Part shown: in pieces, positions 47,303-48,739 of the stretch | Layout of the letters: every line of letters starts with the position of its first letter | How positions within the stretch are numbered: the stretch's first letter is position 1 | DNA from: Patescibacteria group bacterium | Lineage (GTDB): Bacteria > Patescibacteriota > Minisyncoccia > Phycocordibacterales > GWA1-40-21 | Direction of reading: 5' to 3' | NCBI GenBank assembly: GCA_018968925.1 | Contig: JAGWZI010000002.1 | Span: 1-48,739 of the forward strand | Length of the DNA stretch: 48,739 bases | Notes under the pieces: model-generated | Database searches by the model: none | The model's input: the letters and a program-made list of their open reading frames with translations, nothing else | Told to the model about the DNA's origin: nothing | Position numbers and translations under genes: made by a program

Positions 47303-48739
47303 TTATTCTAGCACAGCTTTTATTCTGCGCACGCCGGCGGAGACCGCCTCTTCCTTCACGATCTTGAAATGTCCGAGTTCGCCTGTGTTTTTGACATGCG
47401 GGCCGCCGCAGAATTCGATGCTGAAATAGCCGCCGTCTTTCACGCCGATCTTGTAGACTTTCACGACGTCGCCGTAATGCGAAAGATCGAACGCGAGCGT
47501 CGTCGCGATCTTTTCCGCCTCCGGCTTCGGCAATTCCTGCATTTCGACCGGCAGATGTTCCTTGATCTTCTCGTTCACGAGATCTTCCACCGCTTTCACC
47601 TGCTCCGGCGTCAATTTCGTCGGCCAGTTGAAATCAAAGCGCATGCGCTCCGCCGTGATATTGCTTCCCTTCTGGACGATTGCTTGTCCGAGCACTTTCT
47701 GCAGAGCCGCGAGCGTCAAATGCGTCGCCGTGTGGTATTTCGTCTCCTGCTCGCCAGTTGAAGCAAGTCCTCCTTTGAATTTCTGTTCACTACCGGCGCG
47801 GGAAATGTCCTGGTGTTTTTTGAATTCTCCCTGGAAACCAGCAATATCAACTTTTATTCCCTTTTGATTCGCCATTTCCACGGTAAGCTCGAGCGGGTAA
47901 CCATATGTCGAAAACAATTTGAACGCATCTTCGCCGGAAATATCTTTGGTGCTGATCTTATTGAAGATTTTTTCACCTTCGACAAGAGTTTTGGTAAATT
48001 TTAATTCTTCATCTGCAAGAATATTCCTAACATGCTTTTGTTTAGTTTTAATCTCGGCGTATACATCCTTATATTTTTCAGCGACAATGCCGACAAAGCT
48101 ATTGAGAGAATTTTGCAATTGAATGCTTGCCGCATTAAAAGCCGCTCGGCGTATTAAACGACGAAGCACATAACCTTGCTCGGTATTCGAAGGGATCACT
48201 CCGTCTGCAATCATAAATACAGAACTGCGAATGTGATCAGCGATGATCCTTACTTTTCTCATATATTCTTCCTTTGTTTCGAAAGAAATATTGGATGGCA
48301 AAGCCTTGCGAGGCGTAGCAAGAATTGCATTCATTAAGTAATCAAAAAGATCGGTTTCGAACACAGTACTTTTCTGTTGCATCACTACGGCAGTTCTTTC
48401 CAAACCCATGCCGGTGTCGACGTTCTGCTTTGCAAGCTTTTCGATGCTGCCGTCGGCTTTCTTGTTGAACTCCATGAAGACGTCGTTCCAGATCTCGATG
48501 ATCCGTCCTTGCTTCACGAGGTCATGGAATTTCCCTTCAAGCTTGCCACCGACGACATCGTAGAACATTTCCGTGTCCGGACCGCACGGACCGGTGTTGC
48601 CTGCGATCCAGAAATTGTCGTCCGTTCCGAGCGGCACGATGCGCACGTCGCCGGAAATCTTTTCATCAGCGCCTGCGACGCCTGCCTTGATATTGTGCTT
48701 CGCAAAATTTTCTTCCCAATGCTTGATCGATTCCTCGTC
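47303..48739 (-). CDS. alaS: Alanine--tRNA ligase (5' end outside window; lacks C-Ala)
   Basis: GPCGPDTEMF, EIWNDVF, DTGMGLER, IIADH, HTATHL, EFCGGPHV, GVRRI; frame open to the window edge. Confidence 0.97.
   Translation of the reverse strand, partial: DEESIKHWEENFAKHNIKAGVAGADEKISGDVRIVPLGTDDNFWIAGNTGPCGPDTEMFYDVVGGKLEGKFHDLVKQGRIIEIWNDVFMEFNKKADGSIEKLAKQNVDTGMGLERTAVVMQQKSTVFETDLFDYLMNAILATPRKALPSNISFETKEEYMRKVRIIADHIRSSVFMIADGVIPSNTEQGYVLRRLIRRAAFNAASIQLQNSLNSFVGIVAEKYKDVYAEIKTKQKHVRNILADEELKFTKTLVEGEKIFNKISTKDISGEDAFKLFSTYGYPLELTVEMANQKGIKVDIAGFQGEFKKHQDISRAGSEQKFKGGLASTGEQETKYHTATHLTLAALQKVLGQAIVQKGSNITAERMRFDFNWPTKLTPEQVKAVEDLVNEKIKEHLPVEMQELPKPEAEKIATTLAFDLSHYGDVVKVYKIGVKDGGYFSIEFCGGPHVKNTGELGHFKIVKEEAVSAGVRRIKAVLE

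Noticed and set aside
14156..48400. Diversity-generating retroelement as the cause of the aaRS tracts
   Set aside because: No reverse transcriptase or template/variable repeat pair in the window, and the coding strands are A-rich, the opposite of adenine-directed mutagenesis
1..48739. CRISPR array, tRNA/rRNA, transposase, integrase or prophage
   Set aside because: No spaced direct repeats, cloverleafs or mobile-element ORFs detected by eye

Overview
GC-rich (~60% by hand-counted lines) chromosomal segment, most consistent with a Patescibacteria/CPR (Parcubacteria-like) genome. This rests on a compact AspRS without GAD domain, an AlaRS without C-Ala, a short uL13, few Shine-Dalgarno sites and many leaderless-type starts. 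The window is mostly housekeeping: an ECF sigma/anti-sigma plus MacAB-like ABC export locus, a UvrD-nuclease fusion, DsbA, recR, dnaB, five aminoacyl-tRNA synthetases, ctpA, glmS, a cell-wall cluster (dac-asnB-mraY-ftsW-murG), scpAB, grpE-dnaK-dnaJ and the infA...rpoA-rplQ-rplM-rpsI ribosomal cluster. No CRISPR, rRNA, tRNA or transposase was seen. Standout signals: (1) four of five aaRS genes (cysS, gltX, trpS, alaS) carry in-frame AT-rich tracts over tRNA-contacting regions, three with apparent insertions; (2) a 100-codon ORF ending in an RAP arrest-like motif sits directly upstream of dnaK, followed by hairpins; (3) a three-copy GCACCG-N15/16-CGTAT motif is a likely ECF promoter linking the sigma locus to a distant small Cys/His-rich basic protein; (4) an orphan promoter-boxA-like-hairpin-terminator unit is a candidate ncRNA; (5) a perfect GCGAAGC-capped palindrome occurs twice. 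All calls are by eye, without database searches.
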